Shown here: in pieces, positions 36,056 through 44,741 of the stretch
Layout: each line of letters begins with the position of its first letter
Numbering within the stretch: position 1 is the first letter of the stretch
DNA from: an uncultured Candidatus Saccharibacteria bacterium
Lineage (GTDB): Bacteria > Patescibacteriota > Minisyncoccia > Phycocordibacterales > PALSA-1337
Reading direction: 5' to 3'
DNA length: 64,000 nucleotides
Assembly (NCBI GenBank): GCA_964416985.1
Contig: CAYQFS010000002.1
Coordinates: 57,155 to 121,154 of the forward strand
The notes under the pieces: generated by a model
The model's input: the letters and a program-made list of their open reading frames with translations, nothing else
Databases searched by the model: none
Told to the model about the DNA's origin: nothing
Program-made: the position numbers and the translations under genes

Positions 36056-37855
36056 TTGAATACTATGGATATACGAAACATCGCCATTATTGCCCATGTG
36101 GACCATGGGAAGACGACTCTTACTGATGCCATTATGACCCAGTGTGGTCACGGTGACGACGGTACAATGGACTCAAACGCCCTCGAACAGGAGCGTGGCA
36201 TTACTATTTACGCAAAAAACACTTCGATCATTTATAAGGACACAAAGATTAACATTGTGGATACTCCCGGTCACGCCGACTTTGGTTCAGAAGTTGAGCG
36301 AGTGCTCCGATCGATCGACACTGTTCTTCTCGTGGTTGATGCTCAGGAAGGACCAATGCCTCAGACTCGTTTTGTTCTCAAAAAGTCTCTTGAGCTTGGA
36401 TTGAAGCCGATTGTCATTATCAACAAAATCGACAAGCCCGCAGCAAACCCGGCGCACTGTCATGACATGGTTCTCGAACTTTTCATGGAGCTCGGAGCAA
36501 ATGATTCTCAGCTCGACTTCCCTACTATTTATGCAATTGGCCGCGAAGGAGTTGCAATGAAGAAACTTGAGGATCCACGAAAAGATCTCACTCCACTTCT
36601 CGACATGGTTCTCGAGCATGTTCCACCAGCAAACAAGGATCACAGCGCAACGGCCCCCCTTACTCTCCAAACATTTAACCTCGGATATGACAATTTCCTC
36701 GGGCGACTTGCCATTGGGCGAATTTATGACGGAACAATCAAAACTGGCCAGACAGTCTTTGAGAAAAAGATTGATGGAACAGTAAACTCAGGACGAGTAA
36801 CAAAGCTCTTTACATTTGAAGGAAAAAAGAGGGTTGAAATTCAAGAAGCAAGCGCCGGAGACATTGTAACCATCGCTGGTTTTCCTGAAATTTATATCGG
36901 AGAAACTCTCACCGACAACGCAGAAACTCCCGCGCTTCCAGCAATTAAGATCGACGAGCCAACAATTTCCCTTAACTTCCTCGTCAACAGCTCTCCATTT
37001 GCTGGACGTGAAGGAAAATTTGTAACAGGACGACAGATTCGAGAACGACTCGAAAAGGAACTCGAGATAAATGTCGGACTCAAGGTTGATTTTTCATCAA
37101 ACGAATACTACCGCGTCTATGGACGAGGTGAACTTCACATTGCTGTTCTTCTTGAAAACATGCGACGAGAAGGTTACGAACTTCAGGTCTCTCAGCCACA
37201 GGTTATCATCAAGGACATTGATGGAGTGAAGAGCGAGCCATTTGAGGAACTGACTGTTGATATTCATGACGAATACACCGGAGCAGTTATCGAAAAACTT
37301 GGAAAAAGAAAGGCTCAGATGATTGACATGAAATCAAAAGACGGCCAGACACGAATGATATTTGAAATTCCAACACGAGGTCTTCTCGGATATCGTGGAG
37401 TTTTTGTGATTGATACGAAAGGAGAAGGAATTCTCGCGAGCCGATTTATTGATTTCAAACCGTATGCTGGTGAAATTGAGAAGCATGCAACCGGCTCAAT
37501 GACCTCAATGATGACAGGAAAGGCCCTCGCCTTTGCTCTATGGAATCTCCAGGAACGAGGACGAATCTTCATTGAACCTACAACTGAAGTGTATGAAGGA
37601 ATGGTTGTCGGTGATACATCAAAGGGAGATGATATGGATGTAAATCCATGCAAGGGTAAAGCCATGAGCAACATGCGATCATCTGGAAATGATGAGCATA
37701 TCATGCTTACACCTGCCTGGAAACTCGACATCGAGCGAGGTCTCGAAACAATGCGAGAAGATGAATATCTCGAAATCACTCCCCTCAATGTCCGCCTCCG
37801 AAAGAAGTTTCTCACAGATACTGACAGAGCAAAGGCACGAAGGAAGGATATGTAA
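36056..37855 (+). CDS. typA: Translational GTPase TypA/BipA
   Basis: IRNIAIIAHVDHGKTTLTDAI, DTPGHADFGSEVER, NKIDKP, and 599 aa length match BipA. Confidence 0.9.
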   Translation: MNTMDIRNIAIIAHVDHGKTTLTDAIMTQCGHGDDGTMDSNALEQERGITIYAKNTSIIYKDTKINIVDTPGHADFGSEVERVLRSIDTVLLVVDAQEGPMPQTRFVLKKSLELGLKPIVIINKIDKPAANPAHCHDMVLELFMELGANDSQLDFPTIYAIGREGVAMKKLEDPRKDLTPLLDMVLEHVPPANKDHSATAPLTLQTFNLGYDNFLGRLAIGRIYDGTIKTGQTVFEKKIDGTVNSGRVTKLFTFEGKKRVEIQEASAGDIVTIAGFPEIYIGETLTDNAETPALPAIKIDEPTISLNFLVNSSPFAGREGKFVTGRQIRERLEKELEINVGLKVDFSSNEYYRVYGRGELHIAVLLENMRREGYELQVSQPQVIIKDIDGVKSEPFEELTVDIHDEYTGAVIEKLGKRKAQMIDMKSKDGQTRMIFEIPTRGLLGYRGVFVIDTKGEGILASRFIDFKPYAGEIEKHATGSMTSMMTGKALAFALWNLQERGRIFIEPTTEVYEGMVVGDTSKGDDMDVNPCKGKAMSNMRSSGNDEHIMLTPAWKLDIERGLETMREDEYLEITPLNVRLRKKFLTDTDRAKARRKDM

Positions 37856-38023
37856 TTACCAATTTGAGAGTTTATATCCAGCAAAAATTCCTACAATTCC
37901 CCCAATTGCACTCAATATAATAGAAGAAAAGGAAAATGCTGAGCCTCCCCAGATGAGAGGTAGATAACCACCGACAGCAGAACCAACTACAAGTCCAAGC
38001 CAGATGAGTTTTTTGGAGTCCAT
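37856..38023 (-). CDS. Small glycine-zipper membrane protein (55 aa), GlsB/YeaQ/YmgE-like; not in the supplied ORF track (<60 aa)
   Basis: Minus-strand ORF MDSKKLIWLGLVVGSAVGGYLPLIWGGSAFSFSSIILSAIGGIVGIFAGYKLSNW. Its stop abuts the typA stop. It has two predicted TM helices with GxxxG repeats. Confidence 0.45.
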   Translation of the reverse strand: MDSKKLIWLGLVVGSAVGGYLPLIWGGSAFSFSSIILSAIGGIVGIFAGYKLSNW

Positions 38024-38039
38024 TGGAACTAGTATAACA

Positions 38040-38783
38040 CTATTTATATTCTCCCACAGAAATTCTTTTTATCAAGAGTGCGATTGCTCCTACCCCACTA
38101 TCGTTTCCCATTCTCTCTGCCAAAGACCTCATGTATGTTCCACTCGAGCACGCAACTTTTATTTTTATTACTTTAAATTGTTGGTCAGAATGGCTTTTGG
38201 CGAAATTCTCCCAACAATTTATTATTTCTTCCTGTCTAAAATCTCCTCTCACTAATTTAATGTCTTTAATTATTTGCCTGGCTATTTCTTTTCCTAAAAT
38301 TTCCTTTTCGTTGATTTTTTCAATTGAATATATTTCAACTTTTTTCGTCGGCATTTCACTTGGCAATTCTCCAGCTCGAGCGTATTCATGAAGCTGCTTT
38401 CCTTGTACTGTTTTTGATGAGTAGGCGGGATATTTCTGCTTAAACTTTCCTACGTAGTCAGAAAAAGTAACGAACTTTTCGTTATTTTTTACTAAATGGT
38501 CGTCTTTGATAAAAGTGATTACCCCAAGTCCATCAAACGTATCGGTCCTTACTCCAAAAAGAACATCAACTTCATATTCTTTATCAAGTCCAAGATATTT
38601 TTCTTTATTCTTACATTCATCTCCAATGAGGATGATGAGCACACCTTCAGCCATTGGATCGAGGCGGCCGGCATAGGTCATAGGAGTCTTGGGGTCAATT
38701 TTTTGCTCTTTTCGAACCCTTTCGAGGCATTCAAGTGGTGTTCCGCCTCTTTTTTTATATGCAATGATAGTTGTTGAATTCAT
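38040..38783 (-). CDS. truB: tRNA pseudouridine(55) synthase TruB
   Basis: YAGRLDPMAEGVLIILIGDECKNKEKY matches the TruB catalytic Asp motif (GTLDPxAxGvL). Confidence 0.85.
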   Translation of the reverse strand: MNSTTIIAYKKRGGTPLECLERVRKEQKIDPKTPMTYAGRLDPMAEGVLIILIGDECKNKEKYLGLDKEYEVDVLFGVRTDTFDGLGVITFIKDDHLVKNNEKFVTFSDYVGKFKQKYPAYSSKTVQGKQLHEYARAGELPSEMPTKKVEIYSIEKINEKEILGKEIARQIIKDIKLVRGDFRQEEIINCWENFAKSHSDQQFKVIKIKVACSSGTYMRSLAERMGNDSGVGAIALLIKRISVGEYK

Positions 38784-38995
38784 ACCTGATATGTGATTGA
38801 ATAGTGTATGGCAAGGCCTTCGTTGTCAAGCAACTAAAATAGTGACGGAAACAGCTAAGCAGGCTGTGTGCATTGTACAAGCTTGTCAATTGTACGAGAC
38901 AAGGAAATTAAGTAAGAAAACTGACAACACCCTAGCCATCCCCGGATGCCATACTGTTTATGGTAACCAAATCGTCTCCACGTTGTTCTTCTATA

Positions 38996-39033
38996 GGCAT
39001 GTTCATGAGTTGCGTGAACATGCCTTTTATTAT
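38996..39033 (+). promoter_or_regulatory. Perfect 10-bp inverted repeat GGCATGTTCA-N9-TGAACATGCC followed by TTTTATTAT, abutting the -35 of the hisS promoter
   Basis: Reads as an intrinsic terminator on the plus strand. It also reads as a dyad operator overlapping ATGACA(-35)-N17-TGaTACAAT(-10), which sits 6 nt upstream of the hisS ATG. Confidence 0.4.
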
Positions 39034-39066
39034 GACAAACTGAGGCATCTTTGATACAATATTGAC

Positions 39067-40332
39067 ATGAAACTACCAACTGATCCGTACAAGGGAGTCC
39101 GTGATTTTTATCCCGAGGATATGGCCGTGCAAAATCATATCTTTGAGATCTGGAAAAAAATCTCTCACAAGTATGGCTACCAGGAATACAGTGCTTCAGT
39201 TCTCGAACCTGCCGATCTCTATCGAGCAAAATCAGGAGAGGAAATAATTACCAATCAAACATATACTTTTACCGATCGTGGAGACCGCGAAGTTACCCTT
39301 CGTCCTGAAATGACTCCGACAGTTGCTCGCATGGTTGCAGCCCGAAAACGCGAGCTCGGCTTCCCTCTTCGCTGGTTTTCAATCCCGAATCTTTTCCGCT
39401 ACGAACAGCCACAGCGAGGACGGCTTCGCGAACACTGGCAGCTCAATGTCGATATTTTTGGAGTTGAAAGCCTTCAAGCAGAAGTCGAAGTCATGCAAAT
39501 GGCATACGATATAATGGTGCATTTTGTACCATCACCTGCAGATTTTGAAATACGAGTGAACAATCGCAAGGTCATGAACTATGTCACAAGGGATGTTTTT
39601 GGCCTTGATGAAGACAAAGCTCACAAACTTTCAAAACTGATTGATAAAAAAAGGAAAATTCCTGGAGAGATTTTTGAAAATGGCATACGGGAAATCCTCG
39701 GAGATAAAACTCGAGAGTTCATCACCCTTCTAAACTCGGAAAATTTTGAGGCATTTACAAAAAACCTTCCTCAAACAAAAAAAGAGCATGAAGGCCTTGC
39801 CGAAATTCGTGAAGTTATCGCTTCCCTCGAAAAGCTCGGCATTACAAATGCTCGCTTCGATCAGACACTCATGCGTGGCTTTGACTATTACACCGGCATC
39901 GTCTTTGAAATCTTCGACAAAAATCCCGAGAACAAAAGGTCTGTCTTTGGTGGAGGTCGATATGATGATTTGCTTTCACTTTTTGGAGGTGACAAGGTTC
40001 CAGCAGTTGGTTTTGGAGCTGGTGATGTTGTCATTCAGGATCTCATGGAAACGTACGGAAAAAAGCTCACAAAATTCTCTTTTGCCGACATCTATATATG
40101 TGTGATGAATGAAAATTCCCTCGAGTATGCCCAGGACGTCGCTCAGGCTTTGAGGAAAAAGGGTCTTCGTATTGCAGTCGATTATTCTCTTCGCAAAGTC
40201 GGCGACCAGATCAAAAATGCAAATAAAATTCACATTCCCGAGATCATTTGCATTGGCGATGAAGAAGTGAAAACAGGCAAGCTCAAAATTAAAAATCTCG
40301 AATCAGGAGAGGAAAAACCCTACACTCTTTAG
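39067..40332 (+). CDS. hisS: Histidyl-tRNA synthetase
   Basis: Class IIa motifs (REVTLRPEMTPTVARM, FRYEQPQRGRLREHWQ, GGGRYDDL) and a C-terminal anticodon-binding domain. Confidence 0.9.
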   Translation: MKLPTDPYKGVRDFYPEDMAVQNHIFEIWKKISHKYGYQEYSASVLEPADLYRAKSGEEIITNQTYTFTDRGDREVTLRPEMTPTVARMVAARKRELGFPLRWFSIPNLFRYEQPQRGRLREHWQLNVDIFGVESLQAEVEVMQMAYDIMVHFVPSPADFEIRVNNRKVMNYVTRDVFGLDEDKAHKLSKLIDKKRKIPGEIFENGIREILGDKTREFITLLNSENFEAFTKNLPQTKKEHEGLAEIREVIASLEKLGITNARFDQTLMRGFDYYTGIVFEIFDKNPENKRSVFGGGRYDDLLSLFGGDKVPAVGFGAGDVVIQDLMETYGKKLTKFSFADIYICVMNENSLEYAQDVAQALRKKGLRIAVDYSLRKVGDQIKNANKIHIPEIICIGDEEVKTGKLKIKNLESGEEKPYTL

Positions 40333-40344
40333 ACTGTCACGACC

Positions 40345-40926
40345 ATGAGGAAAATTACTTTTGATATTGAGACTAGAAATCTTTTTCAGGATGTTGGCTC
40401 AAATGACCCCGCGGCTCTCGATATTTCTGTTATCTGCATTCACGATTCTTTGACTGACGAATACACGAGCTACCTTCAGGAGGATTTCAAAAAACTTTGG
40501 CCGATCCTTGAACAAGCTGATATGCTCATTACATTTAACGGTGATCATTTTGACATTCCTCTTTTGAATAAATATTATTCAGGTGACCTTACAAAAATCA
40601 AAAGTCTCGACATCATGGCTGAAGTCAAAAATGCTCTCGGCCGTCGCATCAAACTCGACACTCTCGCAGAGGCAACACTAGGGCGCAATAAAAGCGGACA
40701 TGGCCTCGAAGCCATCACTTGGTGGCAAAATGGTGAGATCGACAAGATTATCAAATACTGTATCGAGGACGTAAAAATTACAAAAGAACTCTACGATTTT
40801 GCACTCAAAAATGGCAAGCTCAAATACAAAGATTTTACCACCGGAAAAATTCTCGATATCCCTCTCAACACATCGGGCTGGGAAAAGAAAGAAGAAGGTG
40901 CAATGACATTTACTTTGCCGTTCTGA
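40345..40926 (+). CDS. DEDD-family 3'-5' exonuclease (RNase H-like fold)
   Basis: Exo I ITFDIETRN, Exo II FNGDHFDIPLL, Exo III YCIEDVKITKELY. Confidence 0.65.
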   Translation: MRKITFDIETRNLFQDVGSNDPAALDISVICIHDSLTDEYTSYLQEDFKKLWPILEQADMLITFNGDHFDIPLLNKYYSGDLTKIKSLDIMAEVKNALGRRIKLDTLAEATLGRNKSGHGLEAITWWQNGEIDKIIKYCIEDVKITKELYDFALKNGKLKYKDFTTGKILDIPLNTSGWEKKEEGAMTFTLPF

Positions 40927-41392
40927 TTATCCTTCTCTCAAATTGCCTCAATATTTTTCTCCTTTCTGCATAATCCGGCAGGATTTCTCTTACCTCGTTC
41001 CAAAAGGATGCTTTGTGATTTTTCTCTACAACATGCGCTAGCTCATGGACAACAACGTAGTCAATAATTTCAACAGGCACCATCGCAAGTCGCAAGCTCA
41101 AATTAATTTTGTTTGAATGACTGCACGATCCCCATCTCGTCTGGGCATTATTGATAGAGAGTTTTGAATAGTTCCAGCCAGTCAGCCGTGAGTAATGTTC
41201 CATTCGCTCTGTCAAAAGCTCCTTGGCTTTCTCCTTGTACCATTTTCTCATTTCATCTTTATTTTTAAATGAAATCGGATTCGGCTCACCAAGATACAAA
41301 AGTTCAGTGCCGTGAACAGTCCGACGGACTCTTCTAATTCGACGGTATCTTTTGATAATTTTGAAGCGAAAAAAACGGGGCATAAATGCCAT
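40910..41392 (-). CDS. YgjP-like zinc metalloprotease (DUF45 / M48-family zincin, HExxH)
   Basis: TRWGSCSHSNKINLSLRLAMVPVEIIDYVVVHELAHVVEKNHKASFWNEV matches DUF45 hallmarks. Confidence 0.7.
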   Translation of the reverse strand: MAFMPRFFRFKIIKRYRRIRRVRRTVHGTELLYLGEPNPISFKNKDEMRKWYKEKAKELLTERMEHYSRLTGWNYSKLSINNAQTRWGSCSHSNKINLSLRLAMVPVEIIDYVVVHELAHVVEKNHKASFWNEVREILPDYAERRKILRQFERRIIRTAK

Positions 41393-41393
41393 T

Positions 41394-42707
41394 CTACAGG
41401 AATACTAAGTTGCGATCAAAATCATCTGCGTCAGTTCCTTTAACATCTCTCTTCAGAGCTTTGTGAGTAGAAGCAAGGTGAACCACTTTTTTCCCAAACT
41501 TATGTTCGAGCGCATCTATCTGCCTATGAATTGACTCAAACTTTCCCGCCTTTATACTTCCACCAAAAAGATCTGATTGAGCGGCAGAACTTGGCACAAG
41601 CTCAGAAAGGGTCACTCCTGCTGTGCGATACTTTACCCCCTTTCTATGCACGTCTTTGAAATGATCAAGAATAAGGGAGATGAGCATTTCGGGAGCATTT
41701 GTGGGAGATTGAAGAGAGAGTGAAAGAGAATGGTAGCCAAATTCCCTCGTCTTTAGAAAAAATGAAATCCGCCTCGGAACAAGATGGTAGTGCCGAGCTT
41801 TTGCACACACATCCTCGATATGTTTTGAGAGTTGAGAAATGAGAAAGTCGGGGTCGTTAGTGAAAGGATGAAATGTCCTCGTTCTCTGCATTGACGAATA
41901 CTCAGTCTTTGCTCGTGGATCAACTTCCATGACGGAAGTACCATTGAGCTCCTGCCACAGAATTTCGTATGGTTTTGAAAGATTTTCCTGTATCCACCAA
42001 GCTGGCTTCTGTGCAAACTCAAGAGCTGTTCTTATTCCCTTTTTATTCAAATATTCAGATGTTTTCCTCCCAATTCCCCAGACATCATGCACTGAGACGG
42101 TCTTTAGAAATTCGGGTGCAGTCTCTGCAGTTATAATAGTAAATCCATTTGGCTTTTTCCACTTTGATGCTACCTTCGCCAGTACCTTTGTGGGAGCAAG
42201 CCCAAGAGACACCGACAACCCCATTTCCTCATTTATTTCTTTTTTAATTTTTCTCCCAATTTCTTCGTACGTCATCTTGAGCGGACGATCAAGTCCTGTG
42301 AGCTCAGCAAAACATTCATCGATACTATACTCCTCAACTTCATCTGCATACCTTCTCACAATATCAAACATCATTCCTGAATATTTTACATACGAAGCAT
42401 AATCTCCCGGAAGGATAATGACCTGCGGAAATTGTTTCTTTAATTTAAAAATGGGCAACCCACGAGTGACTCCCAAGGCTTTGGCTTCATATGAGAGTGC
42501 AGAGACAATTCCCCTTTCCTCGCCAGTCACGACAGGTAGGCCCTTCAATTTGGGGTTCTTGGCAATCTCGACACCCACAAAGAAAGCGTCACCGTCGATG
42601 TGGAGGGTGCATTTACTAGACGATGGGGTTGTGGGGGAAAAGGTTGATGGAGCGGTAAGAGAGATTAATGAGTCTACTTTATTGTGATATAATTGTACCA
42701 TAATCAT
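41394..42707 (-). CDS. dinB: Y-family translesion DNA polymerase (DinB / Pol IV-like)
   Basis: LHIDGDAFFVGVEIAKNPKLKGLPVVT ... YSIDECFAELTG are Y-family catalytic motifs. The little-finger region is present. Confidence 0.85.
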   Translation of the reverse strand: MIMVQLYHNKVDSLISLTAPSTFSPTTPSSSKCTLHIDGDAFFVGVEIAKNPKLKGLPVVTGEERGIVSALSYEAKALGVTRGLPIFKLKKQFPQVIILPGDYASYVKYSGMMFDIVRRYADEVEEYSIDECFAELTGLDRPLKMTYEEIGRKIKKEINEEMGLSVSLGLAPTKVLAKVASKWKKPNGFTIITAETAPEFLKTVSVHDVWGIGRKTSEYLNKKGIRTALEFAQKPAWWIQENLSKPYEILWQELNGTSVMEVDPRAKTEYSSMQRTRTFHPFTNDPDFLISQLSKHIEDVCAKARHYHLVPRRISFFLKTREFGYHSLSLSLQSPTNAPEMLISLILDHFKDVHRKGVKYRTAGVTLSELVPSSAAQSDLFGGSIKAGKFESIHRQIDALEHKFGKKVVHLASTHKALKRDVKGTDADDFDRNLVFL

Positions 42708-42716
42708 TTAACCCCC

Positions 42717-43469
42717 ATGGAACAAAAACAAACAGCCCTTTTAAATATTCCTACAGCCATCATCATCGCTGGAGCGATCGTCGCAGCAGCAGTTATCTTT
42801 ACCCGCTATCCTTCATCTTCACGGCCAATTACAACAGAGTCAGGAACAATTAACCTCGAGGATAAAATCAAACCAGTCAATGAGTCAGATCACATTCTCG
42901 GAAATCCAAATGCAAAAGTAAAGATCATCGAATATTCTGATCCGTCATGTCCTTTCTGCAAATCATTCCACGTAACTATGAGAAAGATTATTGACCTCTA
43001 CGGAAAATCAGGAGATGTTGCCTGGGTCTACCGTAGCTTCCCTCTCGACAAACCAGGAGCAAATGGACAAATCCTCCACCCAAATGCAGGACATGAATCG
43101 CAAGCTCTCGAATGCGCGGGTTCTCTCGGAGGTAATGATAAATTCTGGGCATATACAAATCGCCTCTACGATGTAACTCCTTCAGTCACCGGAGACACCC
43201 CAAATGGCCTCGATCAAAAGGAACTTCCAAAAATCGCTCAGTATATCGGCCTCAATGTCGATGATTTCAACAGCTGCCTTTCGAGCGGAAAGTTTAAGGA
43301 GAAAGTAGAGGCTCAGTATCTCGAAGGAGTAAATATTGGTATCCAAGGAACACCATCGAGCGTTCTTGTGACACCTTCAGGAAAATATATTCCTCTCGAA
43401 GGAGCTCAACCATTTGAGAACGTGCAGCAAGTTATCGATGCTCTCCTTGCAGAAGCAAAGGCGAACTAG
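42717..43469 (+). CDS. DsbA-like thioredoxin-fold thiol:disulfide oxidoreductase, TM-anchored
   Basis: N-terminal anchor IPTAIIIAGAIVAAAVIF and the active site SCPFCK within a DsbA-like domain. Confidence 0.7.
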   Translation: MEQKQTALLNIPTAIIIAGAIVAAAVIFTRYPSSSRPITTESGTINLEDKIKPVNESDHILGNPNAKVKIIEYSDPSCPFCKSFHVTMRKIIDLYGKSGDVAWVYRSFPLDKPGANGQILHPNAGHESQALECAGSLGGNDKFWAYTNRLYDVTPSVTGDTPNGLDQKELPKIAQYIGLNVDDFNSCLSSGKFKEKVEAQYLEGVNIGIQGTPSSVLVTPSGKYIPLEGAQPFENVQQVIDALLAEAKAN

Positions 43470-43495
43470 ATAGATAAAATTAGGAATTAGTCAAA

Positions 43496-43521
43496 AAACC
43501 CTTATTTTGTTAGGGTTTTTT
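43496..43521 (+). terminator. Intrinsic terminator AACCCT-N9-AGGGTT then TTTTTGTTTG
   Basis: Directly after the DsbA-like stop. Confidence 0.55.
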
Positions 43522-43526
43522 GTTTG

Positions 43527-43556
43527 TTGACAAATAGGTACTAAACGTGCTATAAT
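43527..43556 (+). promoter_or_regulatory. Strong consensus promoter TTGACA-N18-TGcTATAAT
   Basis: Perfect -35 and -10 hexamers with an extended TG. Spacer is 18 nt. Confidence 0.6.
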
Positions 43557-43563
43557 AGTACAA

Positions 43564-43755
43564 GTTGAGAACGTTGAAATCTTACTATCTTAGGAAATGT
43601 CTGACTTTCTCCAGTTGGAGCAGCATCTTGAATATCTCCTCGCGATTGCGAACGAGGTAAACAAGAAAACTGCTCCAGCAAACAAACGGAGCGAGCCAGT
43701 CACCTGGGTAACAACATGGTGAGCTAGTCCGCGAGACTGCAGAAAATCTGCAAAC
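43564..43755 (+). promoter_or_regulatory. Long (about 192 nt) structured 5' leader; candidate cis-regulatory RNA
   Basis: Nested helices GGAGCAG ... CTGCTCC and CCTCG ... CGAGG. A hairpin CTGCAG-aaaat-CTGCA ends 5 nt before the ATG. Such a leader is unusual here, where most genes have leaders of 0-20 nt. Confidence 0.35.
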
Positions 43756-44670
43756 ATGAACGCAATCGAAAATAATACCGTTAAGCTTGCTAGTCACTTC
43801 CAACGCGGTGGTTGGGTCAGTCGGTGGGATGGACAGAAGTTTGTTAAAATCGCTCATGCCGCCGAAAACACGTGGCATGATGATGGCGACGACAGCAAGG
43901 TTGTTGTCCTGCCGGAAGGTTTCAAGGGTGCAGTTGGTGAGTTCCACGGCGTGTCGTCGTTGAGCTATCAGAGCTCGGTCACATTGATTGGATTCAATGA
44001 TGAGGAGCTCAATACTCCCTCACCGGTTCAAGGTTGGGACAATGTTGGTGTTGGATTTCGTGCCGAAAGGTGCGAACTGATCAGGAACCTTGGGGACTAC
44101 CTCAAGGCCCTTGCCAACAACTCGTTCGTCCCCATTCCTGAAGAGGGTTATGTACACCCAGTCTCCGGTAATCGCCTCGTCGAACTTCCCTTCGATTGGG
44201 GTGATCAGGCCGCGAATCACTACGCAGTGATTTCACCGAAGGGCGAGATTCTCTACGAAAGAAGCGGCTGCGCAGACAATGCCCCTGACCCTATCAAGGG
44301 CGAGGACGATTGGGAGTTTACTTCCTTTCGTTGCGATCAAGAACACGAACAGCACGAGTGCAACGAGCGCAACAACGCCGCACTCAAAGCAGGCTGGTCC
44401 GAAAGATGGCAAGAAGTTGCCAACCACATCCGTTCCTGCTACAGGGTCGGCCAAAATCCTCTGCCGACACTTCGAAAGAAGTATCCCGGGGTATGGAAAT
44501 ACCTAGCTCAAGGCAGCGACCAACCAGACAGCATCGTGGGTGAAATCCGATTCACCCAACTCCCCCAAAATGAAAACGGAACGGCCATTGCACCGAAGCT
44601 CGAATATGTCGACTTCTGGGGCAATGTTTGGAATCGGTGGCAGGTAAGTTATATCCCTGCCAAAAAGTAA
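43756..44670 (+). CDS. Hypothetical cytoplasmic Cys/His/Trp-rich protein (304 aa), GC-elevated gene
   Basis: Intact ORF with about 52% GC. No signal peptide. Motifs RCDQEHEQHECNERN, SGCADNAPDP. No family recognised. Confidence 0.5.
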   Translation: MNAIENNTVKLASHFQRGGWVSRWDGQKFVKIAHAAENTWHDDGDDSKVVVLPEGFKGAVGEFHGVSSLSYQSSVTLIGFNDEELNTPSPVQGWDNVGVGFRAERCELIRNLGDYLKALANNSFVPIPEEGYVHPVSGNRLVELPFDWGDQAANHYAVISPKGEILYERSGCADNAPDPIKGEDDWEFTSFRCDQEHEQHECNERNNAALKAGWSERWQEVANHIRSCYRVGQNPLPTLRKKYPGVWKYLAQGSDQPDSIVGEIRFTQLPQNENGTAIAPKLEYVDFWGNVWNRWQVSYIPAKK

Positions 44671-44741
44671 GATGAAACGCTGGAGAGCGTTCGATAAATA
44701 CTCAACCCCTTGCACGTTTGGTGCCTGGGGTTTTATTGTGT

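Noticed and set aside
38797-39054. 85-aa ORF spanning the truB-hisS intergenic region
   Set aside because: It covers promoter and palindrome elements, has no start context, and is not conserved-looking. Most likely non-coding.
38784-39066. T-box riboswitch upstream of hisS
   Set aside because: No match to the T-box consensus (AAUUAGGGUGGNACCGCG) and no specifier-loop context. The hairpin plus T-run lies upstream of the best promoter rather than between promoter and start codon.
43585-43947. 120-aa minus-strand ORF overlapping the 43527 promoter, leader and 5' end of the 43756 gene
   Set aside because: It is antisense to a strong promoter and a well-formed CDS. The Cys/Trp-rich composition reflects the antisense of a GC-rich gene.
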